From positions 18,352,001-18,416,000 of the forward strand of contig JBHGNT010000005.1 in assembly GCA_043228905.1 (NCBI GenBank): a stretch of DNA of 64,000 nucleotides. The letters run 5' to 3'. The position numbers were made by a program, and so were the translations under genes. The notes under the pieces are model-generated. The model did no database searches, was not told where the DNA came from, and saw only the letters and a program-made list of their open reading frames with translations. Source of the DNA: Azolla caroliniana. Its lineage: Eukaryota; Plantae; Polypodiophyta. Positions 1-10,659 of the stretch are shown piece after piece (within the stretch, counting starts at the first letter, position 1; every line of letters begins with the position of its first letter).

Positions 1-194
1 GGGATCCATAGCGGGAACCTCCGTACCTCCGTGACCGAGTTACAGTCGGGCTTCATAGCGGAGATGGCTTCCACCTTAGCCGGAGACGGTTTCCGGCCAT
101 ACGGTCCGCATAGATGTCCGACGACCATGATCTCTGATTGCCCGAAGGCCGATTTTTCCCCGGAGAAGGTGAGCCTCGCGTCCTCTAGCCTCTG
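1..194 (-). pseudogene. Gypsy A RT C-terminal fragment
   Basis: Reverse complement matches element B 22825-23039 (RLEDARLTFSGEKSAFG...). Continuous with 5674 onward once Copia 1 is removed. Confidence 0.9.
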
Positions 195-483
195 TGTCGA
201 ATACATGTGTATAATGGACGTATTCACACTATCCCGTTTTGGCCATTTATGTAATTAGCATAAAGGGTAGTTGCCCTAAGTCGGTCCCTATATATAGTGA
301 CCTTGTAACCTTTTTGTAAGGTTGGTTGTTGTATTGCTTTGTGAATAAAGAAACTCTTTTGTGTCTCTCTCTCTCTCTCTCTCACACTCTCTCTGTGCAA
401 CGACATAGAAACAGTCATACGCAGGTACTCTACAGCACTCGAATGCTCCTTGATCTTCCGCAAAGACGACCTTGTCCCCAACA
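195..483 (+). repeat. Copia 1 5' LTR
   Basis: TGTCGA...CCAACA, with CCTATATATAG TATA-like box, AATAAA and a (CT)n tract. Direct repeat of 5385-5673. Confidence 0.97.
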
Positions 484-485
484 TC

Positions 486-497
486 TGGTATCAGAGC
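486..497 (+). other. Primer-binding site, tRNA-iMet
   Basis: TGGTATCAGAGC, 2 nt after the LTR; the canonical plant Copia PBS. Confidence 0.96.
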
Positions 498-1177
498 CTG
501 CACAGTAGTCGGTCCTTCAATCCGCTGTCGGCCGTCGTCTCAGCATTCGGTTTCCTGCGTCATTCGAAAAAGAGAGAAGAAGAACAAAAGAAAAAACGAG
601 GTTTTGCACCTCATCGCGTTAGATCCTCTTGCTTGGAGTAAGCCATCAGGTTGTACTCTGTTCCTTGTGATCGTAACCGCTCGAGGTGAAATCCCCTTGT
701 GTATCATTGACACGATCGTGCTCCATTCGGTTAAACGGCATCCGAAGTAGTCAACAAATGCTGCTCGCCGCTCGTTGTAACCACTCGGTGCAGATCGGTC
801 TCAAGACAACAACCCCAATTCGTGCTTCATCCGGCTGATCGACATTCGAGAGGATCAGTTGGATCTGTCTCTCTCGTCGCTGCAGCCACCCGAAGCAGAA
901 TCGGTCCAGATAATCGGTTTCAATAATCGGTATTCGGCATATATATCCGAAGCGAACCGGGCTCACTCCGACTCGGCAACATCCGGGAAGACCAGTCGGT
1001 TCTGTCCCTCAAGCTACCGGAGTCAATTCGAGCAAGTTCAACAAATACATATATCCGAAGCCGAACCGACTCGGGTTCAAATCCGACTAGAACGATATCG
1101 GGTGAGCCAACCAGCTGCACTCCTTCAAGGTTCGTAGTCAACTCCGAACCGAGCTTCGCCAACCGAAACCAAATTTG

Positions 1178-4100
1178 ATGGCATCAACATCCGGCTCGTC
1201 AGAAATGAGTCTACGAAAGTTCGATGGATCGAACTTTAACTTCTGGAAGGAGCAAATGCAGGACTATCTCATAGTCAAGGGGCAAATCGATCCCATCGAA
1301 AATGAAGAACCTCCAGAAGGATACAAACCAATTGAGTGGCAGAAGCTGGACAGAATCGTCCGCGCCACGATTCGGATGCACCTATCGGAATCGGTATACT
1401 TTACGGTGCAATCGTGTACGACAGCATTCGAACTGTGGAAAACACTGTCGGACACTTACGAAAAGAAGGTCGCCGCAACGAAGATGTTTCTGATCCGGCG
1501 CCTCTATAACTTGCGGATGAAAGAATCCGATTCGGTCCAAGCACACCTCAATGAGTACGAAAGTATAAGCTCCCAAATCTCATCTCAGGGGACGGCAATC
1601 GAGGATGAACTCAGAGCAATGATACTCATGAGTAGCCTTCCCTCATCATGGGAAACTTTCGTCACAACCGTGTGCAACGCGTCAACCACGGCTGTTAAGT
1701 ACTCCGAAGTCACGAGCGCAATCCTGACCGAAGCAGCTCGGAGAAAGTCTTTCGCCAAAGACTCAACAGACGACGCTTATGTAGTACAAGGTTCGACAGA
1801 CCGATCGAACATACGAGGAAGAGATTCCTCACGGCCGCCGAACAATCAACGAAGACGGAGCCAGTCACGGGATAACCGAATCTGCAACTATTGCAAGAAA
1901 CCCGGACACATCAAAGCCGACTGCCGCGCACTCAAGAACAAGAACAACAAGAAGAGTGGCCGGCATGAGGAGATCAATTACGTCAGCTTCTCAGCTGATG
2001 TACTACCGGACGACTCGAATATACTATCAATCGAAAATCCAGTCGGATCAGAAGTTCTACTCACGACTGAAGAATCGAGCACATGGCTCTTAGATTCGGG
2101 CGCGTCATTTCACGTGACTCCTCATCGATCCCAATTTCGGCAATATACGATCCGTCACTCCGACTCAGTTCGAGTCGGCAACTCACAACACTGTGACATC
2201 ATCGGAATCGGCACAGTAGAGCTCAACCTTGCAGGTGGCTCTACACTTGTACTCCACAATGTCCGACATGTACCCGAGCTCTCAAGGCCATTGATCTCAG
2301 TCGGACAACTAGATGAAGACGGCATTCGTGCCGGTTTTTCTTCGGGAGGGTGGACACTCCACAGGGGGAACCTCCTGCTTGCTAGAGGACCCAAGATACA
2401 CTCACTGTATCCGTTACATGTTACGCTCAGAGAGGGTAACCTGTTTTTGGTGGATATTCCTGTGTCATCACTATGGCACAGAAGATTAGGACACCTCAGC
2501 AAGGCCGGCATTACGCATCTATCTAGAGCCGGATACATCCCTAAACTCTCCTTCTCCGACCATCAATTCTGCGAGCATTGCCAGTATGGCAAACAAGTAG
2601 CCGCATCACACCCGACATCAGCACCAAGAGAAACGAGACCTCTCGATTTGGTCCACTCGGACGTCTGTGGCCCAATGCCGCATCAGTCTCTCGGCGGTGC
2701 CTCTTACTTCGTCACTTTTATTGACGATTCGACTCGAAAGGTGTGGGCTTATCCGATTCGCACCAAAGATCGGGTCTTCTCGATCTTCTCAGATTGGCTC
2801 GCTACGGTAGAAAATCAAACCGACCGAAAGCTGAAATGCCTTCGGACCGACAACGGGGGAGAGTTCAAATCCGAAGAATTCGTCAAATTCTGCCGACAAC
2901 GCGGCATCCGACGTGAACTTACGGCACCACACAGTCCGGAGCAAAACGGGATTGCCGAACGCATGAATCGGACAATCCAAGAACGGATAGTTTCCATGCT
3001 CCAACACTCCGGACTGTCGGATGGCTTCTGGGCAGAGGCTCTACTCACGGCAGTACACATAATCAATATGTCGCCAAGTAGACCTCTAGGACTTCAAATT
3101 CCTCAGGAACTATGGATCGGCAGTAAGCCGAATTACGACAAGCTGAGGATCTTCGGATGCGAGGCGTACGCCCTCATTCCGAAAGATGATCGCCGAAAAC
3201 TTGCACCTCGGTCCAGGAAATGCATTTTCCTTGGATATGGATCAGACGGCGAAATGGGATACCGACTCTGGGACCCCGAACGCAGACTAATCGTTCGAAG
3301 TTCGGACGTTGTGTTCAACGAGTCGGCTATGAATCCATCAATCGAAAAACCGATCGAAGTCCGAAGGGTAACATTTTCCGATGTGCCGACCCTTCAAGAA
3401 GGCCCCGCTCTCAACACACGGTCAGCTTCACGGGTAGCTGAACCTTACACCACCGACTCGGACAACCCCGACTCGGCACAGCAGAACAATCCGCTTTCGG
3501 ACCATCCGACCTCGATACTTGATGCGACCAGTCCAATCATACCTCGACGATCCGAGAGACTGTCGCAACCTCCGGAGAGGTACTCTCCTGGAATTTTCTT
3601 CACCGACGCCGGCGAACCGACGTCTTACGAAGAAGCATCGACATCTGTCGATTCAGCCACCTGGCATCTGGCGATGGAGTCGGAAATGCACTCCATTCGG
3701 GCAAACAAGACTTGGGATCTGGTCGAATTACCTAGGAACCGACGTGCTCTTCCTTGCAAGTGGGTTTATCGACTAAAAGAGACGTCTGATTCGACCACCC
3801 CAAAGTACAAGGCCAGATTAGTTGCGAAGGGCTTCCGACAAGAATATGGCGTCGACTTCGACGAGATTTTTTCACCAGTGGTGAAAATGACAACCCTTCG
3901 TTTCCTACTCGGCGTAGTGGCAGCCGACAACTTGGAGCTGATTCAGCTAGATGTCAAAACAGCCTTCCTCCATGGTGATCTCGAAGAGGAAATTTATATG
4001 GAGCAGCCAAAAGGCTTCGTGGCAACTGGCCAAGAACATCTAGTCTGCCGACTCAGGAAGAGTCTATACGGCCTCAAACAGGCACCACGACAATGGTACA

Positions 4101-5191
4101 AGAAGTTCGACGACTTCATCCAATCGATCGGCTTCTCAAGAAGCGATGAGGACCATTGTCTCTTCACCAACACAGCTCAAGATGGATCACCCATCTTCCT
4201 CATCATTTACGTGGACGACATGCTAATTTCTGGACGCCACGCGGGCGAACTTGCCGATCTCATTCGGCAACTGCGGTTGAAGTTTGCCATGAAGGACCTC
4301 GGTCCGGCACGACACATACTCGGCATGAAGATTAGTCGGCATCGCGATAAACGACATCTGTTTTTGTCTCAGACCGACTATATCGGACGTGTCTTGGCAC
4401 GCTTCAACATGCAATCAGCCAAATCTGCTTCAACCCCGCTCCCCATGAATCTTCGGCTCTCTCAGCGAGACTGCCCGACATCCGATCCGGAGGGGGAAGA
4501 TATGAAGTCGGTACCGTATGCACCGGCAGTCGGCTCCCTTATGTACCTGATGGTCGCGACACGGCCTGATATTTCTCACGCCGTAGGAGTCGTTAGCAGA
4601 TTTATGCACAATCCTGGCCGATCGCATTGGAACGCAGTCAAGCATGTGTTCAGATATCTGGCTGGCACAAAAGACCATGGCATTCTTTTCGGTCCGAACC
4701 GAACCTCAGGCGTAGTCGGCTACACCGACTCGGACTTCGCCGGCTGTATAGACAGTCGGAAATCAACAACCGGATACTGCTTCAAATTCGGCAATGGAGC
4801 AATCTCGTGGAAGTCGAAACTTCAGGAGTGCACAGCGACCTCAACGACCGAAGCAGAATATGTAGCTGCGTCCGACGCAGCAAAAGAAGCTTTGTGGCTC
4901 GGTCGGCTGGCGCACACGTTTCGACAAGTCGACCATGACTCGGCTCCAGTTGTCTACAGCGACAGTCAAGGTGCTGTTGCCTTGTCGAAAAATCCGGTTC
5001 ACCACAACGCCTCCAAACATATCGACGTTCGATATCACTTCGTTCGGGACTGCGTCATTTCAGGGAAAATCGGTCTAGAGAAAATATCCACAACCGACAA
5101 TGTCGCAGATGGAATGACCAAGTGTCTTTCGGCAGACCGTTTTCGGTCTCTTCGGCATCAGATGGGCGTAACGACAAACCAGTCCGGTTAG
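1178..5191 (+). CDS. Copia gag-pol polyprotein (GAG-ZnK-PR-INT-RT-RNaseH)
   Basis: CNYCKKPGHIKADC, WLLDSGAS, HHCC plus VHSD/TDNGGEF/AERMN integrase, YVDD RT, YTDSD/TEAEY RNase H. First ATG at 1178. Confidence 0.97.
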   Translation: MASTSGSSEMSLRKFDGSNFNFWKEQMQDYLIVKGQIDPIENEEPPEGYKPIEWQKLDRIVRATIRMHLSESVYFTVQSCTTAFELWKTLSDTYEKKVAATKMFLIRRLYNLRMKESDSVQAHLNEYESISSQISSQGTAIEDELRAMILMSSLPSSWETFVTTVCNASTTAVKYSEVTSAILTEAARRKSFAKDSTDDAYVVQGSTDRSNIRGRDSSRPPNNQRRRSQSRDNRICNYCKKPGHIKADCRALKNKNNKKSGRHEEINYVSFSADVLPDDSNILSIENPVGSEVLLTTEESSTWLLDSGASFHVTPHRSQFRQYTIRHSDSVRVGNSQHCDIIGIGTVELNLAGGSTLVLHNVRHVPELSRPLISVGQLDEDGIRAGFSSGGWTLHRGNLLLARGPKIHSLYPLHVTLREGNLFLVDIPVSSLWHRRLGHLSKAGITHLSRAGYIPKLSFSDHQFCEHCQYGKQVAASHPTSAPRETRPLDLVHSDVCGPMPHQSLGGASYFVTFIDDSTRKVWAYPIRTKDRVFSIFSDWLATVENQTDRKLKCLRTDNGGEFKSEEFVKFCRQRGIRRELTAPHSPEQNGIAERMNRTIQERIVSMLQHSGLSDGFWAEALLTAVHIINMSPSRPLGLQIPQELWIGSKPNYDKLRIFGCEAYALIPKDDRRKLAPRSRKCIFLGYGSDGEMGYRLWDPERRLIVRSSDVVFNESAMNPSIEKPIEVRRVTFSDVPTLQEGPALNTRSASRVAEPYTTDSDNPDSAQQNNPLSDHPTSILDATSPIIPRRSERLSQPPERYSPGIFFTDAGEPTSYEEASTSVDSATWHLAMESEMHSIRANKTWDLVELPRNRRALPCKWVYRLKETSDSTTPKYKARLVAKGFRQEYGVDFDEIFSPVVKMTTLRFLLGVVAADNLELIQLDVKTAFLHGDLEEEIYMEQPKGFVATGQEHLVCRLRKSLYGLKQAPRQWYKKFDDFIQSIGFSRSDEDHCLFTNTAQDGSPIFLIIYVDDMLISGRHAGELADLIRQLRLKFAMKDLGPARHILGMKISRHRDKRHLFLSQTDYIGRVLARFNMQSAKSASTPLPMNLRLSQRDCPTSDPEGEDMKSVPYAPAVGSLMYLMVATRPDISHAVGVVSRFMHNPGRSHWNAVKHVFRYLAGTKDHGILFGPNRTSGVVGYTDSDFAGCIDSRKSTTGYCFKFGNGAISWKSKLQECTATSTTEAEYVAASDAAKEALWLGRLAHTFRQVDHDSAPVVYSDSQGAVALSKNPVHHNASKHIDVRYHFVRDCVISGKIGLEKISTTDNVADGMTKCLSADRFRSLRHQMGVTTNQSG

Positions 5192-5375
5192 AGCCGGACA
5201 CAGAGCAGGATGGTTCCCGACAACCGACATCAGTTCCTTAATGATCGGCTTCAACTGTTCCGACCCGACCAGTTCGGTCTTCTGCCTTCGAACCCTGCCG
5301 ACTCGAACAAAGCTGATATGTCCGAGAACCTAAGTCTATACCTGTAATCTTAGATAACCCATGTATACGCCCATT

Positions 5376-5384
5376 ACGGGGGAG
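5376..5384 (+). other. Polypurine tract of Copia 1
   Basis: ACGGGGGAG directly before the 3' LTR. Confidence 0.85.
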
Positions 5385-5673
5385 TGTCGAATACATGTGT
5401 ATAATGGACGTATTCACACTATCCCGTTTTGGCCATTTATGTAATTAGCATAAAGGGTAGTTGCCCTAAGTCGGTCCCTATATATAGTGACCTTGTAACC
5501 TTTTTGTAAGGTTGGTTGTTGTATTGCTTTGTGAATAAAGAAACTCTTTTGTGTCTCTCTCTCTCTCTCTCTCACACTCTCTCTGTGCAACGACATAGAA
5601 ACAGTCATACGCAGGTACTCTACAGCACTCGAATGCTCCTTGATCTTCCGCAAAGACGACCTTGTCCCCAACA
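5385..5673 (+). repeat. Copia 1 3' LTR
   Basis: Identical by eye to 195-483. Confidence 0.97.
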
Positions 5674-6968
5674 CTCTGCAGCACCCTCTCACAGTCGTCA
5701 ATGTGTGTCGCCACGAATTTCCGGCATCCGTCCGGTCCGATTGTTTCGTCCTTTTCCTCCACCGGACATCCCTTGATTGGGATGTCATCCAAGAATGGCA
5801 TGGTGATGTCTGGGATACAATCCCTCAGCACCTTGTTCATCGCATTCACCATGTGGGCCACCGAGTTCGTCCCTCCTTGCGGCAGGGTGCACATCCGCAC
5901 TAGGCCGAGAGGAGTCTGCATCGTCGTAATGTCTCTGCTCTCTACGGCTAGTTGGAACTGATCGTACCCCGAGTACAGATCACCGACTGAGTAGATCGAC
6001 CTTCCGGCGAAGGCCTCCGCGAACTCGTCTATCGTTGGTCCGATTCCTACGTTCCGAATGGTCACTCTGTTGACCGGCTGCAGGTCTTGAATGAAGCGCA
6101 ACGTCCCATTCTTCTTCGGTACAGTAAACCACCAGTTCGAGTACGGGGCACTCGACGGTTCGAGGATGCCCATATCAACTTTCTGCCTTAAAAGCTCCAT
6201 CAGCTCCGGGATGTGAGCTCTCGGTACCGAAATTGGTTTGAGATTCCATGGTACATGCGGTACTGTGAATATCACCATCGGCTTCACGACTGTCAGGTCT
6301 ACGCACCCGATTTCTTCCGGCGAGAATGCGAAGGCTTTCCCGTGCCTTTCGAGCATTCTCCGAAACCGGTCTTCTTCCGCCAGCAGTAGGAACCCGCCCC
6401 CACCGATTTTGAGCTCCCGTAGCGTTCTGTCGGTGAAGGTGTGTCCTATGCAGGCCGGATCACGTAAACTGGGGTCCGACGCGACCCCCTTGATTCGTAA
6501 CTCGCTGCCCTCCGGTAAGGGTGCCGCGACTGGCCTTACCTTCCGGTCCGCAGTCTTGTACTTCGTGTTTACCTGGGCCGTCCGATCCGACTCGAGCGCC
6601 CGACTGAAGTCCGCGATGACTCCATACATCTCTTCTGAACAAACTGGTATCGTCTGGTCCTCTTTAAGGCCCGCTCCGACCACCTCTCGCAGTATTCCCA
6701 AGGTATCGTCGAAGGAGACCGCCTCCACGGCTCCGTTGATTTCCTCGCTGGGCCCGAGAACTCCGCACGCCCGAAGTCGCTCTTCCGCCCTTGTCTTTTC
6801 TTGACCTACGACGCCGACTATCGTACACCCTCCGTTGTTGGAGAAACAAAACTTCCTACTTATGGTACAAGGATTCTTTGGTTTCGCTTTTATCGTACAT
6901 TTGTGGGGTTTTCCTGGAGTGTCCGGACTGTCGCGGCCCCACGCCTTGGCAGCCCTCTCTAAAACTCC
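5674..6968 (-). pseudogene. Gypsy A pol (RT N-terminal part), cut by Copia 1
   Basis: KYKTADRKVRPV, WFTVPKKNGTLRFIQDLQ, GDLYSGYDQ, FLDDIPIKG within ORF 5478-7268. Confidence 0.9.
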
Positions 6969-8986
6969 TCTCGGTTCTCGCCACCGAGGGACTCGCGGTT
7001 TCGCTTGTGGTTGGGTCGTACCGTCAGTAACTGGACTGAATGACGCCCGTCTTGGCTCTTGACCCTCGCGTAAGCCGACCCGTTGTCCAACACCTTGGTC
7101 TCCATTCGCGCCGCCGTAATGTACGGTTCCCCTAAAATGACCGGGTGCGAGGACGTTTCCTGCACAAAGAAGTGTTGGTCTATTTCGACGTCGTCGATCT
7201 TGACTCGTACGTTTGGGCATGCCCTGTGTAGTTCCTCGGTGGCGCGCGTTGCCGCCCGTATCTTCCACCCGTGCTTAGTGTTGATTGGCCATTTCCCCTT
7301 TTTGTAGAAATCCATGGACATAAGGTTTATTTCCGAACCGTGGTCCACCAGTGCCACCACCGGTTCCTGAACATCTCCGATTTTCACCGGGGTTTCCGTG
7401 GTCGCTCGGGCCCAGTGTGGCCTCGAATAGTGGCTCTCTGCCCACTCGTCTTCCAACGCCATGTCCTCTATGTGCGCTGTCCGCACTTCCACCGGCCTTT
7501 CCGGTTCTACCTCCGTCGACAGCCTCTTCCTCTTCACCAAGTCCACGATGGAGTCGTGGAACTCCTTCTTGGCTATCCTGAGCACCTCTCGCAACGACAG
7601 TTCCACCTTGCTGTCGAGGATTCGTTCTTCCAGGACCTTTCGTAGGTCCGTGGTCCTTTCGATCTCCGTGCCCAACCGGTATCCGCCCTTCTTGTGGTTA
7701 TCCCGGGCACTGGACTCACCGACCTCGTTCCTTTTCGGCCCGAATCGGGTTTCGTATCTCTGTGAGGGTCTGGTCCCTCCGTTTCTACCCACCCGTTTGT
7801 AGCGAGGCCTTCCAGCACTGTCGGCCAAAACTCGGCTTTGCTCTCCTTCCGGGCCCCGCTGCCCCCGACCCGAATACCGGCTGACGCTGAGTAGTGGACG
7901 GTTTCCACGTGCCGGGCTGCCGCCTCTTCCATCAGCCTTTTCATTTCCTCTCTTCCATCGTTTCGGTTCAGGGCCCTCCGGGTATCGTTGGCGTGCACCC
8001 GACCCTCCCACAGGTACACTACCCGGCTTCTCAAAGCCTCCATAAAGTCCCCGCAGTCTTTCCGGATGTGGCCGACCTCGTCGCACCACATGCACCTACT
8101 TCCTGCCGGAAACCGTCGGTCACGAGCCTGATCGCCACCTTCCCTCCGAGCCTGGGCAATCTGGAGATCCTTTACCGCTCGTGTCAACTCCTCCAGAGCT
8201 GTTCCCCCGGACGAGCCTTTGATCATGCCGGTCGAAGACGAACCGGTTTCGAGCCACTCCCGGGTCTCTTCCCCTCGTGCCTATGGTATCGGTTCGAGCT
8301 TCCTTGCTGCGACAGGTCCCGCCCCGGTCGCCTCCCACCGTTTGTCAAAACGGCACACTCCCACCGTTTGTCAAAACGGCACACTCCCACCGTTTGTCAA
8401 AACGGCCGCAGACTCTCTTTACCGCAGCCCAGTCGGTCATCAGCCCGTCTTTGGTTTCCAGTAAGGAGCCAACTTGCCCCCGATCCTGTGTGTCAACCGA
8501 TTTCACAAATAGTAGGACACGACTTGTGTCCAGAACAGTCCGATCGAGCGCCGAAAGGCGCGCAAAGTGTTCCTCAAACTCCTGGAGGAGTACCGACGCA
8601 TTTCTTCCTTTGTTGGGGGACTCCACCCATTCCATGAAGCTTCGCTTCGTAAGTCGAAGCGCGTCATCCAGCCCGTATTTCTCCAGGAGCCGTCCTTCGA
8701 ACTCTTCCCAAGTCCGGCTCTCCGCCCGGATCTCGAGCACCTCCGCATGGATGCCCCGCATCGCCACTCGAGGGAATCCGGCAAGACGCCTCTCTTCCGG
8801 GATATCCCTCATCAACATCTCCGCCCGGTAGGACGCCAAATAACTCGTGGCATCCTTTCCGCTGAACCGGCCGATCGTACCGACGATCGCCTCAATAGCC
8901 CTGTCAAGGGCGCCGGTGCCCTCGCGCGCGCTCACTATCCGGTCCACGGCCGAAGCCATGGCCTCTGCAAGATCCGACCCCCTCAT
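6959..8986 (-). pseudogene. Gypsy A gag-protease, frameshifted
   Basis: Pieces in ORFs 8345-9013, 7573-8226 and 6959-8095. CCHC knuckle and DHG aspartic-protease motif. Broken by indels near 8330-8406 and 7800. Confidence 0.88.
8332..8406. repeat. 26-bp tandem triplication in Gypsy A gag
   Basis: CTCCCACCGTTTGTCAAAACGGCACA x ~2.9; single copy in element B. Confidence 0.92.
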
Positions 8987-9008
8987 CTTTTGCTCCTCTG
9001 CCGCTTGT

Positions 9009-9026
9009 TTCACGTCGGGTTCACCA
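9009..9026 (-). other. PBS of Gypsy A, tRNA-Trp type
   Basis: Minus strand TGGTGAACCCGACGTGAA, 4 nt from the LTR end. Complementary to the plant tRNA-Trp 3' end as recalled (...UUCACGUCGGGUUCACCA). Confidence 0.85.
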
Positions 9027-9133
9027 AAGATGTCGCATTGTTACGCGCGTGCGTGGAGAAACAAGGCGGGACCATCGAGGTCTTGAACCGAAGAGTAGGT
9101 GATAGAAGGGGAAAGAGAAAGAGAGAGACGCTC

Positions 9134-9686
9134 GGGTACAAAGGTATATCCTAGGTAGTTAGATTCGGTAGGTAGGAAGTTAATAAGGGAAACGGCTCCC
9201 CTCTTGAAGCTATAAAAGAGAGGGAGACGCGGGGAGACAAGGCATTAAATTTTATTGAGGACGAAGTGCTGGCGGACCGAAACCGAACGCTTCTCCTCTG
9301 TTCGTTCTGCATCGCTCTTCTCTGCAGGTTTTCGGGAGGCTCACGCTGCTTCGAGGAACGCCCGTGTGCTTCTGGCAGCACCTCCATCCTATCCCCTTTC
9401 GTGCGCAGACGAGCAGGCATCGACATCTGTTCGCCGGCCTGTTAGGTTGTAACCGCTCGCGTGCTCTGTTGTTTATTTGTCATTCATTAATATACAAACA
9501 TTCGTGTTTCTCTGTCTCTGTGTCCATTCGTGTCTTCTGCGTTGACAGGGCCATGTCCCTAAGTTTCTTTGCTCATACGTAACCGAGCGTCTCTCTCTTT
9601 CTCTTTCCCCTTCTATCACCTGCTCTTTGGTTCAAGACCCCGGTGGTCCCGCCTCGTTCTCCACGCACGCACGTAGTAACGCGACA
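9134..9686 (+). repeat. Gypsy B 5' LTR lacking its first ~98 bp
   Basis: Matches 25212-25767 and ends GCGACA. TATA-like GCTATAAAAG near 9208. Confidence 0.92.
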
Positions 9687-9690
9687 TCTT

Positions 9691-9708
9691 TGGTGAACCC
9701 GACGTGAA
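9691..9708 (+). other. PBS of Gypsy B, tRNA-Trp type
   Basis: TGGTGAACCCGACGTGAA, identical to the PBS of element A. Confidence 0.85.
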
Positions 9709-10188
9709 CAAGGCGGCAGAGGCGCAGAAGATGACGGGGTCGAATCTTGCAGAGGCCATGGCTTCGGCCGTGGACCGGATAGTGAGCGCGCGCGAGGGCA
9801 TCGGCGCCCTTGACAGGGCTATTGAGGCAATCGTCGGTACGATCGGCCGGTTCAGTGGAAAGGATGCCACGAGTTATTTGGCGTCTTACCGGGCGGAGAT
9901 GTTGATGAGGGATATTCCAGAAGAGAGGCGTCTTGCCGGATTCCCTCGAGTGGCGATGTCGGGCATCCATGCGGAGGTGCTTGAGGTCCGGGCGGAGAGC
10001 CGGACCTGGGAGGAGTTCGAAGTACGGCTCCTGGAAAAATACGGGCTGGATGACGCGCTTCAGCTTTCGAAGCGGGGCTTCATGGAGTGGGTGGAGTCCC
10101 CCAACAAAGGAAGAAATGCGTCGGTACTCCTCCGGGAGTTTGAGGAACGCTTTGCGCGCCTTTCAGCGCTCGATCGGACCGTTCTGGA

Positions 10189-10607
10189 TGTTGTTCTCTG
10201 ACCGGACAAGGCCTAACACAAGGTGTCACGGAGACACTTCACCAAAGGGTGATTACGGCATAGGATTATGACTCAACGATTACACCGACTTAAGTAGGTT
10301 ACACGATTAGAGCGCTTTTGTTAATTACACGCGTAAGATATAACAGTAATTACAGAACGGAAATCAACACAGAAGTATAAACACCATACGCTCTATTAAT
10401 TATCCGCTGCGATTACAATGGGGTCCGGGCCTTTAAATAGGTTTCCGGCCCGTAGTACAAAACGGTGCCTATCGCACCTATTCGGGATCCGTCCGGATCT
10501 GGAACGGCATACCGTTTCCAGTCCGTCCGTCCATACTATGCTTATTTACAACCATACTTAATTAATTCCTTCACTCCGTATTTTGGACTCCTTGCCGGCC
10601 GATAACA
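10189..10607 (-). repeat. Gypsy C 3' LTR
   Basis: TG..CA. CCTATTTAAAGG TATA-like box reads on the minus strand. Confidence 0.96.
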
Positions 10608-10609
10608 CA

Positions 10610-10647
10610 TGGCACGCCCGTGGGACAGTACCTTGTACGTCGAACCC
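10610..10647 (+). other. Second PBS-like site (tRNA-Arg UCU-type 3' end) at the position where the PPT is expected
   Basis: TGGCACGCCCGTGGGAC-(13 nt)-TCGAACCC, 2 nt from the LTR boundary. The element sense strand reads GGGTTCGA...GTCCCACGGGCGTGCCA. Confidence 0.75.
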
Positions 10648-10659
10648 TTCTCGGCCCCT

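Larger units (their letters stand above)
195..5673 (+). mobile_element. Intact Ty1/Copia LTR retrotransposon (Copia 1), very recent insertion
   Basis: Two 289-bp TG..CA LTRs, identical by eye. 5-bp TSD CTCTG (190-194, 5674-5678), PBS, PPT and an uninterrupted polyprotein ORF. Confidence 0.98.
1..9135 (-). mobile_element. Ty3/Gypsy LTR retrotransposon A (same family as B), decayed, runs off the left window edge, interrupted by Copia 1
   Basis: Minus-strand gag (CMWCDEVGHIRKDC knuckle), protease (LVDHGSEIN) and RT (GDLYSGYDQ, FLDD). PBS at 9009-9026. Only the last ~105 bp of its 5' LTR remain (9031-9135). Confidence 0.93.

Noticed and set aside
5478-7268. 596-aa ORF as a real protein
   Set aside because: Chimeric: an out-of-frame overlap with the protease, then Gypsy RT, then read-through into the antisense Copia LTR.
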